The position numbers were made by a program, and so were the translations under genes. Under the pieces are notes generated by a model. That model was not told where the DNA came from, searched no databases, and worked only from the letters and a program-made list of their open reading frames with translations. A DNA stretch of 49,805 bases from Burkholderiales bacterium. GTDB lineage: Bacteria; Pseudomonadota; Gammaproteobacteria; Burkholderiales; JAEUOS01. Shown here one piece after another: positions 20,892 to 29,668 of this stretch; position 1 is the stretch's first letter; each line of letters opens with the position of its first letter. The DNA is taken from the NCBI GenBank assembly GCA_947456845.1, contig CANGUJ010000001.1, forward strand, positions 1 through 49,805. The letters are read 5' to 3'.

Positions 20892-21353
20892 TCAGCCTGA
20901 GCGCGGCGGACGTTCCGAGCGGTCGATCATGCCGCGCAGCAGGGCCTTGAGGGTGGCCACCTCGCCTGCGCCGAAACCGGCCAGTACCTCGGCTTCGTGG
21001 GCTTTGGCGGCGGTCATCAGGCGGGCAACCTCGCGCCGGCCTTTCGGGGTGGCCTGAACCAGCGTCAGGCGCGCGTCACGCGCATCGCCAATCCGTTGCA
21101 CCCAGCCTGCCTCCGCCATGCGCTGCACCAGCTTGGTCAGCGTGGGTTGCTTGGCCAGCACTTCACGCGCCAGGTCGCCGACGGCCATGCCGTCGGTGTC
21201 CGCCAGCGTGGCCAGCACCCGCCACTGCAGCGACGAAAACCCGGCCGCGTTGACCTTGCGCTCGAATTCCTTGTATACCGCATGGCTGGCGCGCGCCAGC
21301 AGGTAGGACAGGTAGTCGTCGATGAAGCGCGGTTGCGGCGGCCGGTTCGGCAT
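20892..21353 (-). CDS. MarR-family transcriptional regulator (NicR/PicR-like position)
   Basis: Winged-helix region GDLAREVLAKQPTLTKLVQRMAEAGWV...DARLTLVQATPKG. It is divergent from the NicX-like operon. Start at MPNRPP (21353) or at 21368. Confidence 0.85.
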   Translation of the reverse strand: MPNRPPQPRFIDDYLSYLLARASHAVYKEFERKVNAAGFSSLQWRVLATLADTDGMAVGDLAREVLAKQPTLTKLVQRMAEAGWVQRIGDARDARLTLVQATPKGRREVARLMTAAKAHEAEVLAGFGAGEVATLKALLRGMIDRSERPPRSG

Positions 21354-21364
21354 GGACTTGCATT

Positions 21365-21387
21365 GCATGAAAGTTCATATATCATGC
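21365..21387. promoter_or_regulatory. inverted repeat GCATGA-N11-TCATGC (with nested ATGAA-AG-TTCAT); candidate MarR operator
   Basis: Read directly. It lies in the AT-richer divergent region between the MarR gene and the NicX-like gene. Confidence 0.3.
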
Positions 21388-21451
21388 GCCATCGTTGTCA
21401 AGGGCGCAAGGCCGTCGTCCCTGCGTCCCGGGCCTTTCAGGGGAGCCGCGC

Positions 21452-22498
21452 ATGCTGCAGGAACGCATAGAAGCCAAGTGGATCGACTGCTTCGCCGACA
21501 CCTTCGCACTGTGCGGCGTCAAGGCCGGCGATGTGGCGGCAGTGCTGTCGGAAACCCAGTCACGCCCGGTCAACGTCGAACTCGCCGCCCTGGCCCTTGC
21601 CCGTCTGGGGGCGAGCGTGTTCCGCATCGTGCTCACCTCGCCGAAGCTCTCGGCGCCGGTGCCGGTGCGCTCCACCGGGGCCTCGGACGCCATCGCGCGC
21701 CTGGGTCCGGTGGTGCAGGCCCTGGCCGGCTGCACCTTCGTGGCCGACCTCACCGTTGAAGGCCTGCTGCACGCGCCGGAACTGCCGGAGATTCTCGGCG
21801 GCAGCGCGCGCGTGCTGATGGTCTCCAACGAGCATCCGGAGGTGCTGGAGCGCTGCCGTCCCGATCCCGCGCTCGAGCCCCGGGTCAAGGCCGGCATCAA
21901 GCGCCTGCGCGCCGCCAAGTCCATGCAGGTGACCTCGGTCGCCGGCACCGACCTGCACATCAATCTCGAAAACGCCCGGGTGGGGGGCGGCTGGGGCTTT
22001 ACGGCCCGGCCCGGCACCATTTCGCACTGGCCCGGCGGCCTGTGCCTGGCCTTTCCGGCCGCCGGCAGCGTCAATGGCACGCTCGTCATGAACGAGGGTG
22101 ATGTCAACCTCACCTTCAAGCGCTACCTCGAAAAGCCGGTGGTGCTGACCGTCGAGAACGACTATGTCACCGACATCGCGGGCGATCATCTGGATGCCGA
22201 TCTGATGCGCGGCTATTTCGCCGCCTGGGGCGACCAGGAAGCCTATGCGGTGTCCCACGTCGGCTGGGGCATGAACCCGGCGGCGCGCTGGGATTCCCTG
22301 GCCTTCTACGACAAGCGCGACTTCAACGGCACCGAATTGCGCGCCTTCGGGGGCAATTTCCTGTACTCCACCGGTGCCAACGAAGCGGCCGGACGGCACA
22401 CTCTCGGGCACTTCGATCTGCCGCTGCGCAACTGCACCGTCATGCTCGACGGCGAACTGGTTGTCGACAGCGGCGTCCTGCAGGGCGACCTGGCCTAG
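21452..22498 (+). CDS. NicX-family Fe(II) ring-cleavage dioxygenase homologue (2,5-dihydroxypyridine 5,6-dioxygenase-like; aminopeptidase-T fold)
   Basis: 348 aa from MLQERIEAKW, with AGGGGAG upstream. It follows my recollection of Pseudomonas NicX in spaced motifs (PEVLER, SHWPGG, GTLVM..GDV.L.FK.Y, SHVGWGMNP, RAFGGNFLYSTGAN, GHFDLPLRNC), including positions equivalent to the His/His/Asp iron ligands. Confidence 0.8.
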   Translation: MLQERIEAKWIDCFADTFALCGVKAGDVAAVLSETQSRPVNVELAALALARLGASVFRIVLTSPKLSAPVPVRSTGASDAIARLGPVVQALAGCTFVADLTVEGLLHAPELPEILGGSARVLMVSNEHPEVLERCRPDPALEPRVKAGIKRLRAAKSMQVTSVAGTDLHINLENARVGGGWGFTARPGTISHWPGGLCLAFPAAGSVNGTLVMNEGDVNLTFKRYLEKPVVLTVENDYVTDIAGDHLDADLMRGYFAAWGDQEAYAVSHVGWGMNPAARWDSLAFYDKRDFNGTELRAFGGNFLYSTGANEAAGRHTLGHFDLPLRNCTVMLDGELVVDSGVLQGDLA

Positions 22499-22502
22499 GG
22501 CG

Positions 22503-23285
22503 ATGGGCGGCATCGCCAGCATCGATGAGGGGCGCGGCTCGACCGCGGTGTTCCTGCTGCACGGCGTGGGTGGCGGCAAGGAGGCCTGGCCCACTACGAT
22601 CGCGGCGCTGGTGGCCGCCGGCTATCGCGTCGTGGCCTGGGACATGCCGGGTTACGGCGCCTCGGACACCATCGACCCCTACGACATGGCCGGATTGGCG
22701 GGTGCGCTTGAAGCGCTGGTCGACGGCACCGGCGCGCATCGCAACGTGATCCTCGGCCACAGCATGGGCGGCATGGTGGCGCAGGAGGCCATGGCGCAGT
22801 TTTCCGACAAGCTGCACGGCCTGATCCTTTCCGGCACCTCGCCGGCCTTCGGCAAGCCCGGCGGCGACTGGCAGCGACAGTTCCTGCAGAGCCGTTTCGC
22901 GCCGCTGGATGCGGGCCGCGGCATGGCCGGCTTGGCCCCGGAACTGGTGGCGGCGATGATCGGCCGCGATGCCGAACCCGAAGGCACGGCGCTGGCGCGC
23001 GCGGTCATGAGCAAGGTGCCCGAGGCCACGTATCGTGCGGCACTCTCGGCGATCGTCGCTTTCGACCGGCGCGCCAACCTGGCCGACATCGGCATCCCGA
23101 CGCTGTGCATCGCCGGCGAGGACGACCGCAATGCCGTGCCGGAGGTGATGCGGAAGATGGCCGAACGCATCGCCGGCGCCGAGTATCGCTGCCTGCCGCG
23201 CATCGGGCACATCGCCAACCTCGAGGCGCCTGTGGCGTTCAACGCGCTGGTCCTGGATTTCATCACCCGGCATTTTCCGAACTAG
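22503..23285 (+). CDS. alpha/beta-fold hydrolase (NicD-like position)
   Basis: 260 aa with HG oxyanion motif FLLHGVGGG, nucleophile elbow GHSMGG and a C-terminal GH (RIGHIANLE). It starts 4 nt after the NicX-like stop. Confidence 0.85.
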   Translation: MGGIASIDEGRGSTAVFLLHGVGGGKEAWPTTIAALVAAGYRVVAWDMPGYGASDTIDPYDMAGLAGALEALVDGTGAHRNVILGHSMGGMVAQEAMAQFSDKLHGLILSGTSPAFGKPGGDWQRQFLQSRFAPLDAGRGMAGLAPELVAAMIGRDAEPEGTALARAVMSKVPEATYRAALSAIVAFDRRANLADIGIPTLCIAGEDDRNAVPEVMRKMAERIAGAEYRCLPRIGHIANLEAPVAFNALVLDFITRHFPN

Positions 23286-23293
23286 GAGGCCCC

Positions 23294-24577
23294 ATGGCCG
23301 CAGTCCTCCGGTCCCCGCCTGCGAAGGCTTACGTCCCACCCCCCATCACCGGCGAGTATGCCGAGCCGACGGCGAAGCAGCGCGAACTGCTGGCCATCGC
23401 CGCCGATCTCGGGCGCAATCGCTTTGCCGCGCGCGCCGCGCAGATCGACCGCGACGCCGTGTTTCCGTTCGAGAACTACGCCGACATGCGCGATGCCGGG
23501 CTGCTGCGCATCTGCGTGCCGGAGCAGTACGGCGGCTGGGGCGCCGACTTCGCCACTTACGTCATGGTCGCCGCCGAGATCGGCCGCCATTGCGGCGCCA
23601 CCGCCCTGACCTACAACATGCACGTGTGCTCGACCATCTGGTCGGGCTTCATCGCCGACGACCTTGACATGTCGGCGCAGGACCGCGCCGACCACGAGAA
23701 CAATCGCGCCATCCACTACGAGCGCATCGTGCGCGCGGGCAAGATCTATTCGCAGCCGTTTTCGGAAGGCGGCGCGGCGGCGGCCGGCAAGGCGCCGTGG
23801 GGCACGCTGGCCGCCAAGGTCGATGGCGGCTACTTGATCAACGGACGGAAGATCTTCGCGTCGCTGTCCGGGGCCGCGGACTATTACGGCGTGCTGTGCA
23901 CGCTGGACAAGCCCGGCGCGACGCAGCGCGATTCCCTGTACCTCGCGGTCGATCGCAACCTGCCGGGCGTGACCGTCAGCGGGGAGTGGGATCCGCTGGG
24001 CATGCGCGGCACGGTCTCGCGCAACCTGTTGTTCAAGGACGTGTTCGTGCCCGACGCGGAGCGCCTCATGCCCGAGGGCATCTATGCCCAGGCGGCCGTG
24101 CGCTGGCCGCACATGTTCGCCACGCTCTCGCCCACCTACATGGGCATCGCGCAGGCGGCCTACGATTTCACCGTGCAGTATCTGCGCGGCGAGGTGCCGG
24201 GCATGCCGCCGGTCAAGCGGCGCATGTACCCCACCAAGCAGGTGACGGTGGCGGAGATGAAGATCAAGCTCGAGCAGACCCGGGCGATCTTCCTGCAGAA
24301 CGCACGGGCGGCGCGGGTGGATCCGCCCAAGGAGGTGCGCCTGGGGCTGTACGCGGCGCATTACACCATCATGGAAAACGCCAACGAGCTGTGCCGCCTG
24401 GCGGTACGCACCTGCGGCGGCCAGTCGATGCTCAAGAGCCTGCCCCTGGAGCGCCTGTATCGGGATTCGCGCTGCGGCTCGCTGATGCTGCCGTGGACGG
24501 CCGAGTTGTGCATCGACAAGCTGGGGCGCGAATGCCTCTACGAGCCCGGCGAGCGCGACGAGGAGCCGGCGGCGTAG
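23294..24577 (+). CDS. acyl-CoA dehydrogenase family protein
   Basis: 427 aa from MAAVLRSPP, with AGGAGG upstream. ACAD-type domains (FENYADMRDAGLLRICVPEQYGGWG, YLINGRKIFASL, C-terminal four-helix region). Confidence 0.82.
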   Translation: MAAVLRSPPAKAYVPPPITGEYAEPTAKQRELLAIAADLGRNRFAARAAQIDRDAVFPFENYADMRDAGLLRICVPEQYGGWGADFATYVMVAAEIGRHCGATALTYNMHVCSTIWSGFIADDLDMSAQDRADHENNRAIHYERIVRAGKIYSQPFSEGGAAAAGKAPWGTLAAKVDGGYLINGRKIFASLSGAADYYGVLCTLDKPGATQRDSLYLAVDRNLPGVTVSGEWDPLGMRGTVSRNLLFKDVFVPDAERLMPEGIYAQAAVRWPHMFATLSPTYMGIAQAAYDFTVQYLRGEVPGMPPVKRRMYPTKQVTVAEMKIKLEQTRAIFLQNARAARVDPPKEVRLGLYAAHYTIMENANELCRLAVRTCGGQSMLKSLPLERLYRDSRCGSLMLPWTAELCIDKLGRECLYEPGERDEEPAA

Positions 24578-24584
24578 GACCGGC

Positions 24585-26072
24585 ATGGACTTCTCGCGCA
24601 TCATCGAGCGCCACGCGCAGTTCGCGCCGGCGCGCTGCGCCGTGCATTGCGCGGGCGAGGATGTCTCTTACTCGGAGCTGTGGCGGCGCATCGCCGCGGC
24701 CACGGCGTCCCTGCACGGCATGGGGGTGCGCCCGGGCGACCGGATCGCCTACCTGGGCCTCAATGACCCGGCCGTGCTGGTCCTGCTGTTCGCGCTGGCG
24801 CGCCTGGGGGCCATTCTGCTGCCCCTGAATTTCCGCCTCGCGCCGGTCGAGCATGAAGCCATCCTGCGCCACGCCGGGGCGACCCTCCTGCTCGCGGATC
24901 CCGTGCATGCCGTACAGGCCGCGCAGCTGGCGGCGGCGGTCGGGCGAGCCGCGGCACCGCTCGCCTCGCTTGCCCGCGGCGGCACGCTGCCGGACGGCGC
25001 CGTGTGCGGCGATGACGACCTGCCGCTGCTTCTGGTCTACACCTCCGGCACCACCGGCAAACCGAAGGGTGCGCTGCATACCCAGGCGGGCCTGATCTGG
25101 AACTGCGTGATGTCGACCCATGCGCATGACTTCAGTCCGGCCGACCATGTGCTCACGGCGCTGCCGCTGTTCCATGTGGGCGGCTTGTGCATCCAGACCC
25201 TGCCCGCGCTGCATGCCGGGGCGACGGTCACCCTGCATGCTCGCTTCGAGCCCGGCGCGTGGCTGCGGGACGTCCAGGCGCGCCGGCCCAGCATCTCGCT
25301 GCTGGTGCCGGCCACGCTCAAGGCGGTGCTCGAACACCCGGAGTTCATGCGCACCGACTTGGGCTCGCTCAAGCTTCTCAACGCCGGGTCGTCGGTGATC
25401 CCGCAATCCATGATCGCCGCCGTCCATGCGCGCGGCGTGCCCTTGTGCCAGGTCTACGGAGCGACGGAAACCGGGCCGGTATCGATTTACCTCAGGCGCG
25501 AAGACGCGTTCGCAAAGGCTGGAGCTGCCGGCAAGGCGGCCCTCCATGTCGAGGTTCGCCTGGTGGATTCCGCCGGGGGCGTCGTCGCGCACGGCGAGGT
25601 CGGCGAAATCCTGGTGCGCGGCAAGAACGTCATGCGCGAGTACTGGAACGACCCGGCCAATCCGGCATTCCGCGACGGCTGGTTCCATTCCGGGGACCTC
25701 GCGTTCCAGGACGAGGACGGCTTCTACAACGTGGTCGGGCGCTCCAAGGACATGATCATCTCCGGGGGCGAGAACATCTATCCCGCCGAACTGGAGAATG
25801 TGCTGGCCGATGTGCCGCAGGTGCTGGAAGCGGCGGTCATCGGGCGTCCGGATGCGCGCTGGGGCGAGGTGGCGGTGGCGGTGATCGTCGCCAGGCCCGG
25901 CAGCGCGCTCGATGCGGCGGCGGTGCTGCGCATGTTCGAAGGGCGGCTCGCGCGCTTCAAGCATCCGCGCCAGGTGGTGTTCGTCGATGCCTTGCCCAAG
26001 ACCGCCCTGGGCAAGGTGCAGAAGGACATGCTCAAGGGTCAGGTCCTGGGCGCGCCATCAAGCCGCGCATAG
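24585..26072 (+). CDS. AMP-dependent acyl-CoA synthetase/ligase
   Basis: 495 aa with motifs LLVYTSGTTGKPKGA, YGATETG, GWFHSGD and KTALGKVQK. It starts 7 nt after the ACAD stop. Confidence 0.88.
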   Translation: MDFSRIIERHAQFAPARCAVHCAGEDVSYSELWRRIAAATASLHGMGVRPGDRIAYLGLNDPAVLVLLFALARLGAILLPLNFRLAPVEHEAILRHAGATLLLADPVHAVQAAQLAAAVGRAAAPLASLARGGTLPDGAVCGDDDLPLLLVYTSGTTGKPKGALHTQAGLIWNCVMSTHAHDFSPADHVLTALPLFHVGGLCIQTLPALHAGATVTLHARFEPGAWLRDVQARRPSISLLVPATLKAVLEHPEFMRTDLGSLKLLNAGSSVIPQSMIAAVHARGVPLCQVYGATETGPVSIYLRREDAFAKAGAAGKAALHVEVRLVDSAGGVVAHGEVGEILVRGKNVMREYWNDPANPAFRDGWFHSGDLAFQDEDGFYNVVGRSKDMIISGGENIYPAELENVLADVPQVLEAAVIGRPDARWGEVAVAVIVARPGSALDAAAVLRMFEGRLARFKHPRQVVFVDALPKTALGKVQKDMLKGQVLGAPSSRA

Positions 26073-26091
26073 GCCCGTTTCACGCAGGCGG

Positions 26092-26116
26092 AAAAAAGCC
26101 CGGCGCAAGGCCGGGC
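26092..26116 (-). terminator. rho-independent terminator of the phasin gene
   Basis: Stem GCCCGGC/GCCGGGC (26098-26104 / 26110-26116) with a 5-nt loop. Read on the minus strand it is followed by TTTTTT (26097-26092). It lies 35 nt downstream of the phasin stop. Confidence 0.6.
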
Positions 26117-26151
26117 TGGAAGGTGAAACGAGGAGATCCTGCGTGTGCCGG

Positions 26152-26709
26152 TCACTTGCGCCTGGCGGTGGCCTTGGTGGCCGCGGCGACATTGGCGGCC
26201 GCGGTGGAAGCGGCGCTGGTGAAGCTGCTTTCGGCGGTTTCGAACGCCTGCTTGGCAACCCGGGCGGCGTTGTCATAGGCCTGGGTCGCGGCGGCGACGG
26301 CCGAACGCACTGCGGCGACCGCGCTCTCGCTTCCCGGCGGCGCGCTCTTGAGAGCCTTGTCGAGGGCGGCAGCCAGTTCCTTGTGCGCTGCGGCGGCGTG
26401 TTCCTCGGCGCTGGCGCGCAGACGGGTCTGGGCCTCGCTCAGAATGGCAAACGCCTCCTTGGACCAGGTGAGGGATTTTTCGATCATCGGTTGCGCGGTA
26501 CCCAGATTGAGGGCCAGCAGTTCCTTGGCATCCTTCACCGCGAGGGCGGCGCGGGCGTTCTGCGCGGCTTCGTCAAGAAGCGCCTTGGTGCTGGCGACAT
26601 TGAGGGCCATCAGCTTTTCATAGCTGGCCAGGCCGGCCGTGGCGGCGCTGTAGAAGTTTTCGAAACCGGCCTTGCCGGCCGCGGTGAGATGGTCGGGCGT
26701 GCTGTACAT
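26152..26709 (-). CDS. phaP: phasin (PHA granule-associated protein)
   Basis: 185 aa, Ala-rich and amphipathic-helical, with a phasin-type N-terminus (AAGKAGFENFYSAATAGLASYEKLMALNVASTKALLDEA). RBS AAGGAAAG. Confidence 0.82.
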   Translation of the reverse strand: MYSTPDHLTAAGKAGFENFYSAATAGLASYEKLMALNVASTKALLDEAAQNARAALAVKDAKELLALNLGTAQPMIEKSLTWSKEAFAILSEAQTRLRASAEEHAAAAHKELAAALDKALKSAPPGSESAVAAVRSAVAAATQAYDNAARVAKQAFETAESSFTSAASTAAANVAAATKATARRK

Positions 26710-27062
26710 GGTGTGCTTTCCTTTCTGGATCAGGTGATGGACGGTCGCCTCGGGGCCCTGTCCGGCGACAGGATCTTGGGTTGGGTCATCCGATGGTCAC
26801 GCGGCAGCTGCATCGATGCGTCGCAGGCATGGTTTGTTTCCTTGCGCAGCCTGCGTCTGCTCGGCGGGCTTGCACTATCTGACAGGGCCTGCCTTGGATG
26901 ATGCCTTGCGCATTTAAACTGTTTTAACAGCATTATGCTGCATCGCAACAATACGGATTATATGGGTGTCTTGGCCGAAGTCAAGAGAATTTTTGTGCGC
27001 CGCAGCAAGTCGAGGAAAAGCTTGTCTTATCAGGCGTTTGTGCAGCCTTACGACGTGCCGGG

Positions 27063-28265
27063 TCAGGCGATGCCCCGGGGGCTTTCGGCAAGGCGACGCT
27101 CGATCACGCGGATCACGCAACCGGCGGCGCAGATGATCGCGCTGGTCGCAAGGAGCAGGGTGAGCATCCGGTCCCAAGCCATGGTGCTGCCCACCACTGC
27201 GGTGACCAGCGGCGGGCTGACGAACTGGCCGAAATTCGAGCCCTGGTTGATCATGCCCTGCACGGTGCCCACCTGGGCGGGGGTGCGCGCGTGGGTTTGC
27301 GCCGAGGACATCACCGATCCGGGCAGGATGCCGACGGAAAACGAGAACGCGACGCAGCCCAGGTAGCGGATCGCGTCCGGCAGGGCGGGCGCGAAGATGA
27401 TCATGCAGGTCAGTGCCGTGGCCAGTCCGGCCAGGCACACATTGGTGCCGCGTCTGAATCCGTGCTGCATGAGGGTGCCGCCCAACAGGTTGCCGGGCAC
27501 ATTGGCCGCCACCACGAGGGCGGTCAAGAGCGAGGCGACGCCGAGCGGCGTGTTGCGCTCGCCGACCATGAAGGTGGGCAGCCAGACCATGATGGCGTAA
27601 TAGTTGAAGGCATAGCAGCCGAAGGCCAGCGCGATCCACCACGGGCCGGCTTTCCTGAGCGGACCCGCCGACGCGCGCCACGTGGCGGTGCCGGCGGCCG
27701 CTGGCGGATGGTAGGCATGGCGCAGGGTGTAGAGCAGCGCCAGGGCCGCCACCGCGCAGGCCACCGTGGCCAGCCACAGCGCGCGCCAGCCGAGCGTCTG
27801 GATGAACAGTGGCGCCAACAGCATGCCCAGCGTGGTGCCGGCAGGCATGTAGCCGCCCCAGAAACTGAACACGCGGTTGCGATCCGCGGGCGCGGTCGAT
27901 TGCATGATCAGGCCCGGCGCGGCCACGACGATCGACAGGAATCCGACGCCTTCGAGAAAACGGCTTGCGAGCAGCCATTGCGCGCCCGGGGCGAACGCGC
28001 CGACGGCGCCGCCGAGGGCGAGCAGGCCCAGGCCCGCCATGCACAGCCGCCAGGCGCCTACCCGGGCGGTGAACAGACCCATGAAGATCGAGGCGACCAT
28101 GCCGAGCGTGTTGAACGCCGACACCAGCCAGCCGGATTGTGCGAGCGTGAGCGCGAATTCGCCGCGCAAGGCCGGGATCGCCGGCGGCAACTTGCCGATG
28201 TAGATCGCTGCAACCACGCCCAGCAGGAGGGCGACGATCGCCCCTTTCCAGTGGGTGCGGATCAT
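27063..28265 (-). CDS. MFS transporter
   Basis: 400 aa with about 12 predicted TM helices. Its start overlaps the cobT stop by 4 nt. Confidence 0.82.
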   Translation of the reverse strand: MIRTHWKGAIVALLLGVVAAIYIGKLPPAIPALRGEFALTLAQSGWLVSAFNTLGMVASIFMGLFTARVGAWRLCMAGLGLLALGGAVGAFAPGAQWLLASRFLEGVGFLSIVVAAPGLIMQSTAPADRNRVFSFWGGYMPAGTTLGMLLAPLFIQTLGWRALWLATVACAVAALALLYTLRHAYHPPAAAGTATWRASAGPLRKAGPWWIALAFGCYAFNYYAIMVWLPTFMVGERNTPLGVASLLTALVVAANVPGNLLGGTLMQHGFRRGTNVCLAGLATALTCMIIFAPALPDAIRYLGCVAFSFSVGILPGSVMSSAQTHARTPAQVGTVQGMINQGSNFGQFVSPPLVTAVVGSTMAWDRMLTLLLATSAIICAAGCVIRVIERRLAESPRGIA

Positions 28266-29308
28266 TCGACGATGCGCTCCGAGACGCCCGCCGACGTGAA
28301 ACTCGCCATGTCCGCGAGAAACGCTGCCGCGGCGCGCACCAGCGGGTAGGCGAGCGCCGCGCCGGTGCCCTCACCGAGCCGCAGATCGAGCGACAGCAGG
28401 GGGGTTGCGCCGAAGTGCCGCAGCATCGCGCCATGCCCGTTCTCGCCCGAAAGGTGCGCGAAGACGCAGTAGTCCGGCACTGCCGGATCGAGCGCCTCTG
28501 CCACCAGGAGCGCGGCGCCCGCGATGAAGCCGTCGACCAGGATCACCATGCGCGAACGCGCGGCGCCGAGAAAGGCCCCGGCCATCATGGCGATCTCGAA
28601 CCCGCCCAGGGCGGCCAGCACATCCAGCGGGGCCAGCGCTCCCGAATGCAGGGCCAGGGCGCCTTGCACCACCGCGCGCTTGCGGACCAGGGCTGCGTCA
28701 CCGAGCCCGGTCCCGCGGCCCACGCATTGATCCACCGGGAGGCCGGTCAGGCGCGCCATCAGGGCGCTGGCCGCGGTCGTGTTGGCGATGCCCATCTCGC
28801 CGAAGGCCACCACGTTGGTGCCGGCTTGCGCCAGATCGTTCACCAGCGCCTCGCCGAGGGCCAAGGCGCGCACGGCTTCCTCGCGCGACATGGCGCACTC
28901 CCGCGCGAGGTTGCGCGTGCCGTGGCCGAGCTTGCGGTCGATCAGGGCGGGATGCGGGTCGAATCGATGGTTGACGCCGGCATCGACCACGCGCAGCGTC
29001 AGGCCCGCGTTGGCTGAGAACACGTTGGCCGCCGCGCCGCCGCCGAGGTAGTTCATCACCATCTGCCAGGTGACGTCCTGCGGATAGAGCGAGACGCCCT
29101 CGGCGGCGACGCCATGGTCTGCGGCGAATACCAGCAGGTGCGGGGCAGTCAGCACCGGCGCTTCGGCGCGCAGGATGAGCCCGATGCGCGCGGCGAGCGT
29201 TTCGAGCCCGCCGAGGGCGCCGAGCGGCTTGGTCTTGCCGTCGATGCGTGCCGCGAGTTGCGCGGCCAGCTGCGGGTCCGCGATGCGTACGATCTCCGTG
29301 CCGCTCAC
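28262..29308 (-). CDS. cobT: nicotinate-nucleotide--dimethylbenzimidazole phosphoribosyltransferase
   Basis: CobT motifs KTKPLGALGGLE, FAADHGVAAEGVS, GEMGIANTT, SGENGH and LRLGEGTGAA. A GTG start at 29308 overlaps the upstream CWC-gene stop (GTGA). The track ATG at 29353 would overlap that gene by 49 nt. Confidence 0.88.
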   Translation of the reverse strand: MSGTEIVRIADPQLAAQLAARIDGKTKPLGALGGLETLAARIGLILRAEAPVLTAPHLLVFAADHGVAAEGVSLYPQDVTWQMVMNYLGGGAAANVFSANAGLTLRVVDAGVNHRFDPHPALIDRKLGHGTRNLARECAMSREEAVRALALGEALVNDLAQAGTNVVAFGEMGIANTTAASALMARLTGLPVDQCVGRGTGLGDAALVRKRAVVQGALALHSGALAPLDVLAALGGFEIAMMAGAFLGAARSRMVILVDGFIAGAALLVAEALDPAVPDYCVFAHLSGENGHGAMLRHFGATPLLSLDLRLGEGTGAALAYPLVRAAAAFLADMASFTSAGVSERIVE

Positions 29309-29505
29309 GCGCTGTCCTGGTGTGCCAATGCGGCGCGCAGGCACGCGGCGCACATGCAGCCGGCCAAGGTGGGCTCAATGCGTTCCAGCGGCGGCAGGGC
29401 CGCGCACCAGCAGACGGCGGCGTGCGCATGACATTCGAAGGCCGTGCCGCAGCGTGCGCAGGCAGGGCGCGCCGTTTGTGCGGGGAGAGGGGCGGAGGAG
29501 CGCAT
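29305..29505 (-). CDS. cysteine-rich CWC-family small protein
   Basis: 66 aa with the pattern CARCGTAFEC...CWCAALPPL...CMCAACL, typical of the Cys-rich CWC family. It is translationally coupled to cobT. Confidence 0.65.
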   Translation of the reverse strand: MRSSAPLPAQTARPACARCGTAFECHAHAAVCWCAALPPLERIEPTLAGCMCAACLRAALAHQDSA

Positions 29506-29668
29506 GAGATGGACGGTGGAGACGCCGCGCTCCCGATTCTATGGCACTTGAATATCCGGCCCATGGCCGCATGCGCGCGCGGGTCCGCCAGAGGCACGAC
29601 GCTGTGCCGCGTCTTGCGCCAGTGGAGAAGCGCCGCTTCCTCACGACACATTGTTGTTTGGGCATCCC

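Noticed and set aside
26730-26951. 73-aa minus-strand ORF in the phasin upstream region
   Set aside because: It is Arg/Pro/Ser-rich with no RBS and no family resemblance. It lies in the probable phasin promoter/leader region and is more likely non-coding.
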